From an uncultured Candidatus Saccharibacteria bacterium (GTDB taxonomy: Bacteria > Patescibacteriota > Saccharimonadia > Saccharimonadales > JAGQNJ01): DNA of 64,000 nucleotides. Below the pieces are notes generated by a model that searched no databases, was not told the DNA's origin, and saw only the letters and a program-made list of their open reading frames with translations. Below, piece by piece: positions 39,042-47,123 of the stretch. Position numbers and translations under genes: made by a program. Each line of letters opens with the position of its first letter. Position 1 is the first letter of the stretch. Location: assembly GCA_964565615.1 (NCBI GenBank), contig CAZMFO010000003.1:2197-66196 (forward strand), in the 5' to 3' direction.

Positions 39042-40572
39042 AATTAGGACTTTTTAGGAATTGGTCGCCCATTCGGGCGGCTTTTTCTTTGGTTGCGCGG
39101 AGCGCAAGCCAGATGTTTTCTTGGGGGGAATTGGAATTAGGGCGCGGCAGGAGCCGCGCTTGTTTTCTAGATAAAAAGAGGTTCAATCCGTCAATTTCAG
39201 CAAAAGCAGATTTTATGGCTATCGGCTCGGCGTTTTCTGCTATTTTCTTGAGAGAAACAGCCATTTTTATCCACTGGCGCATAGGTTCAACCCACGCATT
39301 AGCGGCAAGCGTCAGCTTGCTAATTTGCTCGTCCAGTGACTTCTTTTCACTCATCAGCTCGGCTTGTTTAGCTTTGTAAGTTGGCTGGTCAATATCTTGG
39401 TCTAGGTAACTATCGAGAAGTCGCTGTAACTTGCCCTGTAAATTACGCACTTTATCTTGTGCCTGGGCTATAAATACGCCAGTAGTTCGCTCGGCTGTTT
39501 TTTCGTCCTCGTCCAGCATTTTATTAAGCGTGGTTGCCCACACACTCGGCAGGGCGTAGCTCTGCAATATGTCAGATAACTGCGCCACAAGTTGCGGTTC
39601 GGTTACGGCAGGCTCTATGCATTTCATTATCTTGCTTTTGCGCGTGCAGCGGTAATAGGTGTATTCGTGTATATTACCGTTCTTCTGGTGTTTTACTTTC
39701 TTTTCGGCAGTAATCGCCATATTGCACGCACCGCAGGTCAGTAAACCGCACAAGGCTTGTGGTGCATTTGCGCCTTTTCGCGTGTGTCCGCGTTGCTCCA
39801 ATACGGACTGCACCGTGTCAAACAGTTTTTTGGACATAATCGGCGCATGCTTGCCCTCGTAGACTTCGCCAGCATATCTAAAATGTCCGTAATAAAACGG
39901 ATTGGTCAGCATATATTTGATTTGGTCTTTTTTGAGGGGCAAGCCACCGCTGGTTTTTATGCTATTATCTGCGAAATAGTCAGCAATTTCCTGTAAACCT
40001 TTGTTGCCTTTGCTGTACAGCTCAAATGCAGATACAACCAGCGGCGCACGCCGTTTATCTATAACAATAGTGCGGGTACGTACATCATTTATGTAGCCAA
40101 GCGGTGCAAGTCCAGGCATTTCGCCCCGTCTGACTTTCTGGCGCAAACCACGCTTGGTGTTTTCGGACAAATTGTCTACATAGTATTTTGACTGACCAAA
40201 CGCAATAGACAGCATAAACTTTCCCTGCGATGTATTCTCAAACCAAAATGTCGGGAACTTTAATGACTGCAAATGCGTTTGGTCTAGCAAATACACAATT
40301 TGCCCGCCATCTACGCTGTTTCTAGCTAGTCTGTCAGGGTGCCAAGCAACAATGCCGCTGGCTTCGCCAGCTTCAATGCGTTTTAGCATTGATCCGAACT
40401 TCGGACGACCTGGTATTTTAGCGGTGCGTTTTTCAATAATAGTGTCTACGATTTGCAAGCCGTTATCTCTAGCGTATTTCCGAAGTTCGGCAATTTGCGC
40501 CTCAATGGACAAAACCTGTTTGTCCTCTACATCCGTACTCTTGCGAGCGTATAAAAAGTATTTTTCTTGCAT
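39007..40572 (-). CDS. large serine recombinase (integrase)
   Basis: N-terminal resolvase domain (YARKSTDVEDKQVLSIEAQ with the catalytic Ser, HPDRLARN), recombinase domain, zinc ribbon (CGLLTCGACN...YYRCTRK) and coiled-coil. Strong RBS (AGGGGG). The last ~55 codons run through repeat X and 35 nt of the tRNA. Confidence 0.9.
   Translation of the reverse strand: MQEKYFLYARKSTDVEDKQVLSIEAQIAELRKYARDNGLQIVDTIIEKRTAKIPGRPKFGSMLKRIEAGEASGIVAWHPDRLARNSVDGGQIVYLLDQTHLQSLKFPTFWFENTSQGKFMLSIAFGQSKYYVDNLSENTKRGLRQKVRRGEMPGLAPLGYINDVRTRTIVIDKRRAPLVVSAFELYSKGNKGLQEIADYFADNSIKTSGGLPLKKDQIKYMLTNPFYYGHFRYAGEVYEGKHAPIMSKKLFDTVQSVLEQRGHTRKGANAPQALCGLLTCGACNMAITAEKKVKHQKNGNIHEYTYYRCTRKSKIMKCIEPAVTEPQLVAQLSDILQSYALPSVWATTLNKMLDEDEKTAERTTGVFIAQAQDKVRNLQGKLQRLLDSYLDQDIDQPTYKAKQAELMSEKKSLDEQISKLTLAANAWVEPMRQWIKMAVSLKKIAENAEPIAIKSAFAEIDGLNLFLSRKQARLLPRPNSNSPQENIWLALRATKEKAARMGDQFLKSPNLAPGIGFEPTT
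39036..39166 (+). repeat. inverted repeat X, left arm (131 bp, perfect)
   Basis: Checked base by base: exact reverse complement of 40733-40863. Confidence 0.95.
39064..39090 (+). terminator. element-borne rho-independent terminator directly after tRNA-Asn
   Basis: GTCGCCC-ATTC-GGGCGGC stem-loop followed by TTTTTCTTT. A second hairpin, GCGCGGC-AGGA-GCCGCGC + TTGTTTT, lies at 39142-39166. Confidence 0.55.
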
Positions 40573-40732
40573 AGTTTTACCCCCTAAAACTTAAATGACC
40601 GTCCTGGTGCAACCAACCTAGAAAGTCTAGATTGTCCAAGACGGCCATTTAAGCCCTCAAAAAATACAAATAGACTTTCACTGGTTGGTTGCTCTTTCAT
40701 TATACCAAGAAAAACCGCCTTTGGCGGTCTAA

Positions 40733-40863
40733 AAAACAAGCGCGGCTCCTGCCGCGCCCTAATTCCAATTCCCCCCAAGAAAACATCTGGCTTGCGCTCC
40801 GCGCAACCAAAGAAAAAGCCGCCCGAATGGGCGACCAATTCCTAAAAAGTCCTAATTTGGCTC
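40733..40863 (-). repeat. inverted repeat X, right arm (131 bp, perfect)
   Basis: Exact reverse complement of 39036-39166. Ends in TTGGCTC (the inverted core). Confidence 0.95.
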
Positions 40864-41034
40864 AATTTTACAACGAAGCTCGAACCTATTTCCAGCGCAA
40901 AGTGTAACCCAAGCCTCGCCGCCTGTTTTGGCAAAGCCAAAACGCGCCCCGCCAGAAAAAACCAGCCTTTGCATTTTTGGATTTTCCCCCGCCGAATTTC
41001 TTTTTTAATTTGGAAAAGGTTGGTTTTTCTGTCG
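40857..41034 (+). repeat. inverted repeat Y, left arm (178 bp, perfect)
   Basis: Exact reverse complement of 42745-42922. Begins with TTGGCTC, shared with the X right arm. Confidence 0.95.
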
Positions 41035-41048
41035 AGTGCGCTCGGCGT

Positions 41049-41570
41049 TTACGCCGACATTTGGGCTTTTGTTGCTTTCAATAACGCAAGGTCGCGTTTT
41101 TGAATAAACTTGCCCTCGTAATTTGTAGGCTGGTCTTGCTCCAGTAGTGAAATGGCTGTGTCTATATTATCAGTCCAAACTATTGAAAATTGCTCTCGCA
41201 ATTCTTTCTCGGTAAAGTCTGGTTCTCCTTTTTCTCCAATTTGCTTGGCAATAAAGCAGTAAGAAGTTTGTTTGAGTTCAAATTGATCTCTGTATTCAAT
41301 AATCTCGCCAACTTCGCCAGTAACTTCTGCTTTACAGCCAATTTCTTCAAGCAATTCGCGTTCTAATGCAGTTGGTACATCTTCGCCATCATCAATACCG
41401 CCACCAGGCAATTTGTGATAATCGTGAAGCCCGACACGCAAGAGCGCAATTTTTCCTGCACTATCTGATACAACTGCTCTTGCTGCTTCACGATTTCTAA
41501 AATTGCCAGTTTCTATAGCTGGTGCGTCAGGGTTTATGTCCTGTTCGTGAATTGTGAGTATGTTTTTCAT
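41049..41570 (-). CDS. NUDIX hydrolase
   Basis: Nudix box GGGIDDGEDVPTALERELLEEIGC. ATGA overlap with the upstream HIT gene. Confidence 0.85.
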   Translation of the reverse strand: MKNILTIHEQDINPDAPAIETGNFRNREAARAVVSDSAGKIALLRVGLHDYHKLPGGGIDDGEDVPTALERELLEEIGCKAEVTGEVGEIIEYRDQFELKQTSYCFIAKQIGEKGEPDFTEKELREQFSIVWTDNIDTAISLLEQDQPTNYEGKFIQKRDLALLKATKAQMSA

Positions 41571-41989
41571 AGACTAGTAAGTTTCTGCTTAATTTTATTA
41601 AATTCGTCCTGCGTTAATTCAATAGCCTCCAGTTCTGTTTTGAGTGGCCAGTCTTTATCGTTGAACTCTTTTCCACCTATAACAACGGGTCTTGAATATC
41701 GCGGCACAAAATGGAAATGAACATTTGGGTCTTTCATCATCAGTGCCAAATAATTAAACTTTTCTGCGCCAAAGGCGTTGCGTAGCAACTCTTCTGCGTC
41801 TTTTGCGACAGTGGCAAACTCTGCCCACTCGTCAGATGTCAAACCGCCCAGATCTGTAGCCTCTGATTTTGCGGCAAGCACTAGGCTTCCGATAGTTATC
41901 TGTTTTGGTCTCAGCAACACAACCCAATGCGCGTATTCTCTCATGAGTGTGCCTGGGTAGCCGAAAGTCTTAATAGTGATGTTCATCAT
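41567..41989 (-). CDS. HIT-family nucleotide hydrolase/transferase-like protein
   Basis: NVHFHFVPRY aligns to the histidine-triad HxHxHxx-PR motif with the first His replaced by Asn. About 140 aa, typical of the family. Confidence 0.65.
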   Translation of the reverse strand: MMNITIKTFGYPGTLMREYAHWVVLLRPKQITIGSLVLAAKSEATDLGGLTSDEWAEFATVAKDAEELLRNAFGAEKFNYLALMMKDPNVHFHFVPRYSRPVVIGGKEFNDKDWPLKTELEAIELTQDEFNKIKQKLTSL

Positions 41990-42639
41990 ATTTCCTTTTT
42001 AATAATTTCTGCCAACGCTTGCGCGAGTGCAGGGTGCGACTGTTTATCAAAATGTATGCCGTCAAGTCCTGCCCTCGCAACTGTGCTTGCGTCAAAGTAA
42101 AGTGAGCTTGTTTCGCTGGCTACTCGTTCAATCTCTTTGCCAAGTTGCCTAGACTTTTCAGCAGATTGCTTATCATAAATGCCATCATAATAATCCGTAA
42201 ACTTCGGCGCGGTGTCATCTACAAAAATAGGACTAACAAGCAAAACTCTGGCATTTGGAGTATTTGCTTTTACTTCGTCAATAAACAGTTTCAGTGTGTC
42301 GGCGATTTCGCCGACAGGTCTTTCATACTGTAATTTTAAGTCGTTTGTGCCAAGCATAACAATAACTAGGTCTAGGGGCGAGTGGCTAATAAGGCAGGGG
42401 TTAAAATACGACAGCCCGTTGCGTGATTGTTTCGCAGGGTTGTAGTGTTCAAGATTTGTTGTCCTACCGCCCAAGCCTTCCTCAATAATGTAATAGTTGT
42501 TACCCAACAGCTCTTGCAGTTTACCTGTCCAGCGAACATCGCTGGCATATCTGCCAGCAAAGTTTTTATCATCATTTTGACCCCAAGTATTACTGTCGCC
42601 ATAGCACAGTACAACTTTGGCTTGCGGGTTCGTATTCAT
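41986..42639 (-). CDS. SGNH/GDSL hydrolase (arylesterase/lipase-like)
   Basis: Block [13 protein letters not shown], block II GLGGRTT, block III MLGTNDL, block V DGIHF. The ATG at 42639 is preferred; the tracked ORF extends to 42729. Confidence 0.85.
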   Translation of the reverse strand: MNTNPQAKVVLCYGDSNTWGQNDDKNFAGRYASDVRWTGKLQELLGNNYYIIEEGLGGRTTNLEHYNPAKQSRNGLSYFNPCLISHSPLDLVIVMLGTNDLKLQYERPVGEIADTLKLFIDEVKANTPNARVLLVSPIFVDDTAPKFTDYYDGIYDKQSAEKSRQLGKEIERVASETSSLYFDASTVARAGLDGIHFDKQSHPALAQALAEIIKKEI

Positions 42640-42744
42640 AAGGCTTATTATAACAGATTTCCATCTGTTTAATGTGTCGCTTGCGACACATAGCAACTGT
42701 GTTGCTCCGAGCCACGCCGCCTCTGCCATTTATGGCAGACGAAC

Positions 42745-42922
42745 CGACAGAAAAACCAACCTTTTCCAAATTAAAAAAGAAATTCGGCGGGGGAAAATCC
42801 AAAAATGCAAAGGCTGGTTTTTTCTGGCGGGGCGCGTTTTGGCTTTGCCAAAACAGGCGGCGAGGCTTGGGTTACACTTTGCGCTGGAAATAGGTTCGAG
42901 CTTCGTTGTAAAATTGAGCCAA
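42745..42922 (-). repeat. inverted repeat Y, right arm (178 bp, perfect)
   Basis: Exact reverse complement of 40857-41034. Ends in GAGCCAA (the right direct repeat). Confidence 0.95.
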
Positions 42923-42931
42923 GTGCAAATC

Positions 42932-43228
42932 ATGGCTAAAAGACCGAGTTCCTATGACCGGTCTTTTTTGTTTGTTCTACCTCTGTTAAATTATCTCCAA
43001 AATAACCAAGACCGTGTCGCATTATGGCGGCTCAGCGGACATTTTTATGACCGGGTTCCGAGACCGCACCAAAGACCGTTACCTCCATTGCGAAGTCCTG
43101 TCAACGACCTCGAAATTCGTGAATTACTGCGTGAGGCATTGACCGACAAAATCGACGACCGCGAAGTATTTATTAAAGGTATCAAGCAATCATATTATTA
43201 CGAAGAGACTGAAAGCTATAAAGATTAG
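42932..43228 (+). CDS. doubtful small ORF (98 aa) downstream of the element
   Basis: The only Met lies inside the terminator hairpin. The 3' two-thirds look codon-like ([25 protein letters not shown]). It could be a gene remnant. Confidence 0.2.
   Translation: MAKRPSSYDRSFLFVLPLLNYLQNNQDRVALWRLSGHFYDRVPRPHQRPLPPLRSPVNDLEIRELLREALTDKIDDREVFIKGIKQSYYYEETESYKD
42938..42969 (+). terminator. rho-independent terminator, probable original tRNA-Asn terminator displaced by the insertion
   Basis: AAAAGACCG-(11 nt)-CGGTCTTTT stem followed by TTTTG, 16 nt after the right GAGCCAA repeat. Confidence 0.7.
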
Positions 43229-43395
43229 CACCATCAAATTTTACGGGCAATATAAACAAGCCGACCTGTCAATGTTTAGGCTACTGGACTTTCAATAAGT
43301 TTATAGTATCTAAGTATCTGCCCTATCTACTTACCAAAAATCACCAACAAATGCTATTACTTTGTGCAACGAAACACTCAATAGGTTGCCAATAA

Positions 43396-45093
43396 TTGTA
43401 TACTGTTATTATGGGCAGAAAAAATCCTACAAAAGACCGATACTCTTTAACAAAAATGATTGTTGGCTTTGGGCGGTCATTGAATTATCTAGGGCTCGTT
43501 TCTGCTGTTATATTTTTTTGTTTTTCGGTTTTGCCATCTTTACTGCCAAGACCATGGATTTATCAAGGGCTAATCAGTGGAATAAGCATAGCAGTTGGTT
43601 ACTGCTTTGGCGTTATGTTAAGCTCGGCACTTCGTTGGACTTTAGAATACGAGCCACCCCAACCCATAAAACAATGGGCATGGAAGCTACTTATCTATAC
43701 TGGACCGATAACATTTATCATATATCTGTATCTGGGATCTGTTTGGCAACGAGAGGTACATCTGCTCGTCGGCCTAACTAACGGGACTCATAGATATCTA
43801 TTTAGAGTCTTAGTTGTAACCACATTAGTGAGTTTTCTGCTACTGCTTATGGGGCGATTAATAATGAGACTTAACCGGCTAATAATACATAACCTAGACA
43901 AAGTATTGCCCAGGAGAGCAAGTATTGGTCTTGGTTGTCTAGTAGTTGCGATTGCTCTTTGGTGGGTATTAAGTGGAGTGTTCTTTAATTTTTTTGTAAC
44001 CCAAGCTAATAAAAAACATTCTATTCGTAATAACTCAACTCCTAAAGGAGTTCTTCGGCCAGCAGACAACTTTAGGTCGGGGAGCAAAGAATCTCTAGTT
44101 TCATGGGATAGTTTGGGGTTTCAAGGGAAGAAGTTTGTTGCTAGTGGGCCGACCAAGCAAGAGCTCGAGACTTTTACAGGTCAAACCCCAAAAAATCCGA
44201 TCCGTGCTTATGTTGGGCTAAATAGCGCCGATAATGCCACCGATAGAGCCAATCTAGCTGTTGCCGAACTTAAACGAACTAACGCTTTTAGTAGAAAGAT
44301 CCTGATTTTAGCCACCCCGACAGGGACAGGATGGCTAGAACCACAATCTGTTGATACAATCGAATACCTATACAATGGCGATAGTGCCATAGTAGCTCAA
44401 CAGTACTCGTATCTACCAAGCTGGATATCGTTTTTGGTAGATAAAGAAAATGCCCGTAGTGCTGGTCGGGCATTATACGACGCTGTTTATGCAGAATGGT
44501 CAAAACTCCCAAAAGACTCTCGTCCAAAACTTATAATCTATGGGTTGAGTCTAGGATCATTTGGTAGCCAGTCAGCTTTTAGCGGAGTAAACGATATTAA
44601 GCTATCTGTTGACGGGGCATTATTTGTCGGAACACCAAGCGATACCGAACTATGGCGCGAAATAACTCATCAAAGAGATGCAGGCTCTCCAGAACGGTTA
44701 CCCACATATAAAAACGGCAAAACCGTGCGTTTTGCCTCAAACAAATCAGACATAGACAAAAATCAAGAAGTCTGGGAATACCCAAGAGTGCTTTATTTGC
44801 AACACGCCTCTGATCCTGTAGTTTGGTTTGATTTTGATTTGGTTTACTCAAAACCAGATTGGCTAAACGAACAACGGGGGAGTGATGTTTCGCCAACAAT
44901 GCGATGGTACCCATTTGTAACCTTTATTCAAGTTGGAATAGACCAGTTTTTCGGTGTAACAATGCCTAATGGCCGAGGGCATAACTATCCAGACAGTATC
45001 GTCAACGCTTGGGTGTCAGTAACTAATCCAGAAGAGTGGAGCGAGTCTAAAACATTGAAGCTCCAACAAATTATCAATAACTACAAAAAATAG
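43396..45093 (+). CDS. membrane-anchored alpha/beta hydrolase (Abhydrolase_9-like)
   Basis: N-terminal ~190 aa with 4-5 TM helices, then a hydrolase domain with the nucleophile elbow IIYGLSLGSFGS. Confidence 0.65.
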   Translation: MYTVIMGRKNPTKDRYSLTKMIVGFGRSLNYLGLVSAVIFFCFSVLPSLLPRPWIYQGLISGISIAVGYCFGVMLSSALRWTLEYEPPQPIKQWAWKLLIYTGPITFIIYLYLGSVWQREVHLLVGLTNGTHRYLFRVLVVTTLVSFLLLLMGRLIMRLNRLIIHNLDKVLPRRASIGLGCLVVAIALWWVLSGVFFNFFVTQANKKHSIRNNSTPKGVLRPADNFRSGSKESLVSWDSLGFQGKKFVASGPTKQELETFTGQTPKNPIRAYVGLNSADNATDRANLAVAELKRTNAFSRKILILATPTGTGWLEPQSVDTIEYLYNGDSAIVAQQYSYLPSWISFLVDKENARSAGRALYDAVYAEWSKLPKDSRPKLIIYGLSLGSFGSQSAFSGVNDIKLSVDGALFVGTPSDTELWREITHQRDAGSPERLPTYKNGKTVRFASNKSDIDKNQEVWEYPRVLYLQHASDPVVWFDFDLVYSKPDWLNEQRGSDVSPTMRWYPFVTFIQVGIDQFFGVTMPNGRGHNYPDSIVNAWVSVTNPEEWSESKTLKLQQIINNYKK

Positions 45094-45160
45094 AGGTCGC
45101 AGTACCTACTTTTGGCATCCAGTACCGGCCCACTCGACATTTATAATGTTTGTTTAACAG

Positions 45161-45895
45161 CTATACATCGAGCCTCATCCATACAGATGAGTCTGGTGAC
45201 TCTTCTGCCCACGGAGTACATAACCTACGCCAGACCAATTTTGCAGATTCAGCATTAAGCGTTTTAGGATTGATATTTGTGTAATGAACAACACATCCGT
45301 TTAATATGTTATTAGTATCTATCTCTAGAACATCTTCTAATTTTGTATGTTCAATCGCCAAGAAAGAGGTCCAAATAACATCACGATGGGTCATCATTAT
45401 TGCCGATGTTTCCTTGCCTTGCATAAATTCTCCCACTACATTCTTAAGTCGCTGGGCGACTTGTAGCAAAGATTCTCCCTCTGGTGGTACCCAATGAAAT
45501 GGCGTGTCTAACATTTGTTGATAACTATTAGGGAACTCTACCTTATGTTCCGCTTTGGTCATACCCTGAATCTTGCCCCGATCTCTTTCTGCTAAACGCG
45601 GATCATCGTGCCAAAAGCCATTAAGCCCTAGCGACCTTGCGGACTGCTGTGTTCGAATTAAAGGCGACACTAATCTACAATCAAAATCATCTAAATTAAA
45701 ACTACCAAAAACATATTTAGCAATCCACTTACCAGCTTTAGCCGATTGCTCACTGCCAGTTTTGGTTTCTTCCTCGTCACGAGGATGCTTTAACAATTCC
45801 TTACTTAAGGGCTGGTCGTTTAAAGAACGCCTCAGATCTCCTTCGCTCTCACCATGCCTAACCAACACCAAATGCTTCGCCAAAAACTCACTCAT
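45161..45895 (-). CDS. histidine phosphatase family protein (phosphoglycerate-mutase-like)
   Basis: The LVLVRHGESEGD RHG motif and a later ...MTHRDV... His motif. Confidence 0.8.
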   Translation of the reverse strand: MSEFLAKHLVLVRHGESEGDLRRSLNDQPLSKELLKHPRDEEETKTGSEQSAKAGKWIAKYVFGSFNLDDFDCRLVSPLIRTQQSARSLGLNGFWHDDPRLAERDRGKIQGMTKAEHKVEFPNSYQQMLDTPFHWVPPEGESLLQVAQRLKNVVGEFMQGKETSAIMMTHRDVIWTSFLAIEHTKLEDVLEIDTNNILNGCVVHYTNINPKTLNAESAKLVWRRLCTPWAEESPDSSVWMRLDV

Positions 45896-45905
45896 TAACT
45901 ATATT

Positions 45906-47114
45906 TTACACATTTTTGTATGCTGTAGTATGCCTAAACCGCAAGTGGATGTACACCAAGACAGCCAAAGATGACACGCCAAGAAGAATTAGGGCAAAAG
46001 CATAGGAGTTTGTGTACTGATAGGTCAAACCAAGCAAAATAGGTGGAATAAACCCACCAATACCACCAAAAGCACCAACAATACCCGTTACGCTACCCAT
46101 CATCTCGGGTTTAGCCAATTTGCCAACTAAAGCAAAGACTGCTCCGTTTGCACAACCAAGAGTAAATGCTAAAGCAAGATAACCAATTGTAGTTTGCAAC
46201 TGCAAGGTGGGCTGAAAGGCAACAAATGTCGCCAGCAGTACAATAAAGAATAATGCTACTTGAACGACTAGCTTTCCACCAAATTTATCACTTATCCAAC
46301 CACCAAAAGGTCGTGCAATAGTGGCCAACAAAACAAATCCTCCCGCGCGTAAAGCCGAGTCCACAACAGATAAACTATAAGTAGTTTTTAAAAGAGTTGG
46401 CAAATACACTCCAAAAGCCACAAATGCCCCAAATGTAACTGCGTAAACTATTGATAAATCCCAAGTTAGCCGTAATTTTGTTGCCAAAACCAAACGAACA
46501 ATTGGAGATTTTTTTGTAGGCTTCCAGCCCGGCGCATCTTTGCCCCAGCAAACAAAAATAATTGCCAACAATACTAGTAAGCTGGCGACAATAATATATG
46601 CCTTATCATAACCAAAACTATTCACCAGCCAAGGAGTAGCAAAGCCAGAAAGTGCAGTCCCGGCATTGCCCATACTATAAAGACCAAGCACTAAACCGCG
46701 ACGACTTGCCGAAAACCAGCCACTAACAAAAGGTATCCCCACCACAAAGGCTGTTCCACCAAAGCCTATTAAAATTGCGCTTAATACATATTGTTTATAA
46801 TCGCCAGCAAAAGTTAGCAAAAAGACCGACAGGGCAGTAAGCATACTAACGACCGCAAACATAATTCTCCCACCAAATTTATCTGTCATCATTCCAAAAA
46901 ATATACGCCCCAAAGACCCAATAATAACCGGCACCGCCAACAAAAAAGACAGCATCACGGGTGTTAACTGCAAATCTTTAGCCAAGCTAGACCCAATAGG
47001 GCTTAGGAGCGACCATGCCCAAAAGTTAATCGCCAATGTAATAGTTGCAATTATCAAAGCAAAGTAGGCGTCCTTTGTTGGCTGTTGTTTGTTTTTGTTT
47101 TTTTGCTTTAACAT
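45906..47114 (-). CDS. MFS transporter, nitrate/nitrite porter (NarK/NNP)-like
   Basis: 12 TM. G-rich signatures LYSMGNAGTALSG and GIVGAFGGIGGFIPP resemble the two NNP-family motifs. Confidence 0.6.
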   Translation of the reverse strand: MLKQKNKNKQQPTKDAYFALIIATITLAINFWAWSLLSPIGSSLAKDLQLTPVMLSFLLAVPVIIGSLGRIFFGMMTDKFGGRIMFAVVSMLTALSVFLLTFAGDYKQYVLSAILIGFGGTAFVVGIPFVSGWFSASRRGLVLGLYSMGNAGTALSGFATPWLVNSFGYDKAYIIVASLLVLLAIIFVCWGKDAPGWKPTKKSPIVRLVLATKLRLTWDLSIVYAVTFGAFVAFGVYLPTLLKTTYSLSVVDSALRAGGFVLLATIARPFGGWISDKFGGKLVVQVALFFIVLLATFVAFQPTLQLQTTIGYLALAFTLGCANGAVFALVGKLAKPEMMGSVTGIVGAFGGIGGFIPPILLGLTYQYTNSYAFALILLGVSSLAVLVYIHLRFRHTTAYKNV

Positions 47115-47123
47115 TTCACACGC

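Larger units (their letters stand above)
39036..42922. mobile_element. 3.88-kb integrative element in the tRNA-Asn 3' end, bounded by 7-bp direct repeats GAGCCAA
   Basis: GAGCCAA occurs at 39036-39042 (tRNA 3' end) and 42916-42922. Beyond the right copy lies a terminator appropriate for the tRNA. The element encodes a large serine recombinase and looks GC-richer than its flanks by eye. Confidence 0.8.

Noticed and set aside
40584-40907. ORFs 40584-40838 (-) and 40689-40907 (+) between the recombinase and the cargo operon.
   Set aside because: Both are made almost entirely of repeat X'/Y sequence, that is att-type DNA with terminator hairpins. The plus-strand ORF merely mirrors the recombinase tail encoded by the other X arm. 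They are not independent genes.
42617-42933. ORFs 42617-43228 (5' part), 42672-42893 (+) and 42730-42933 (-).
   Set aside because: They cross the palindrome-rich promoter region, repeat Y' and the tRNA terminator. The open frames are best explained by repeat DNA rather than by coding.
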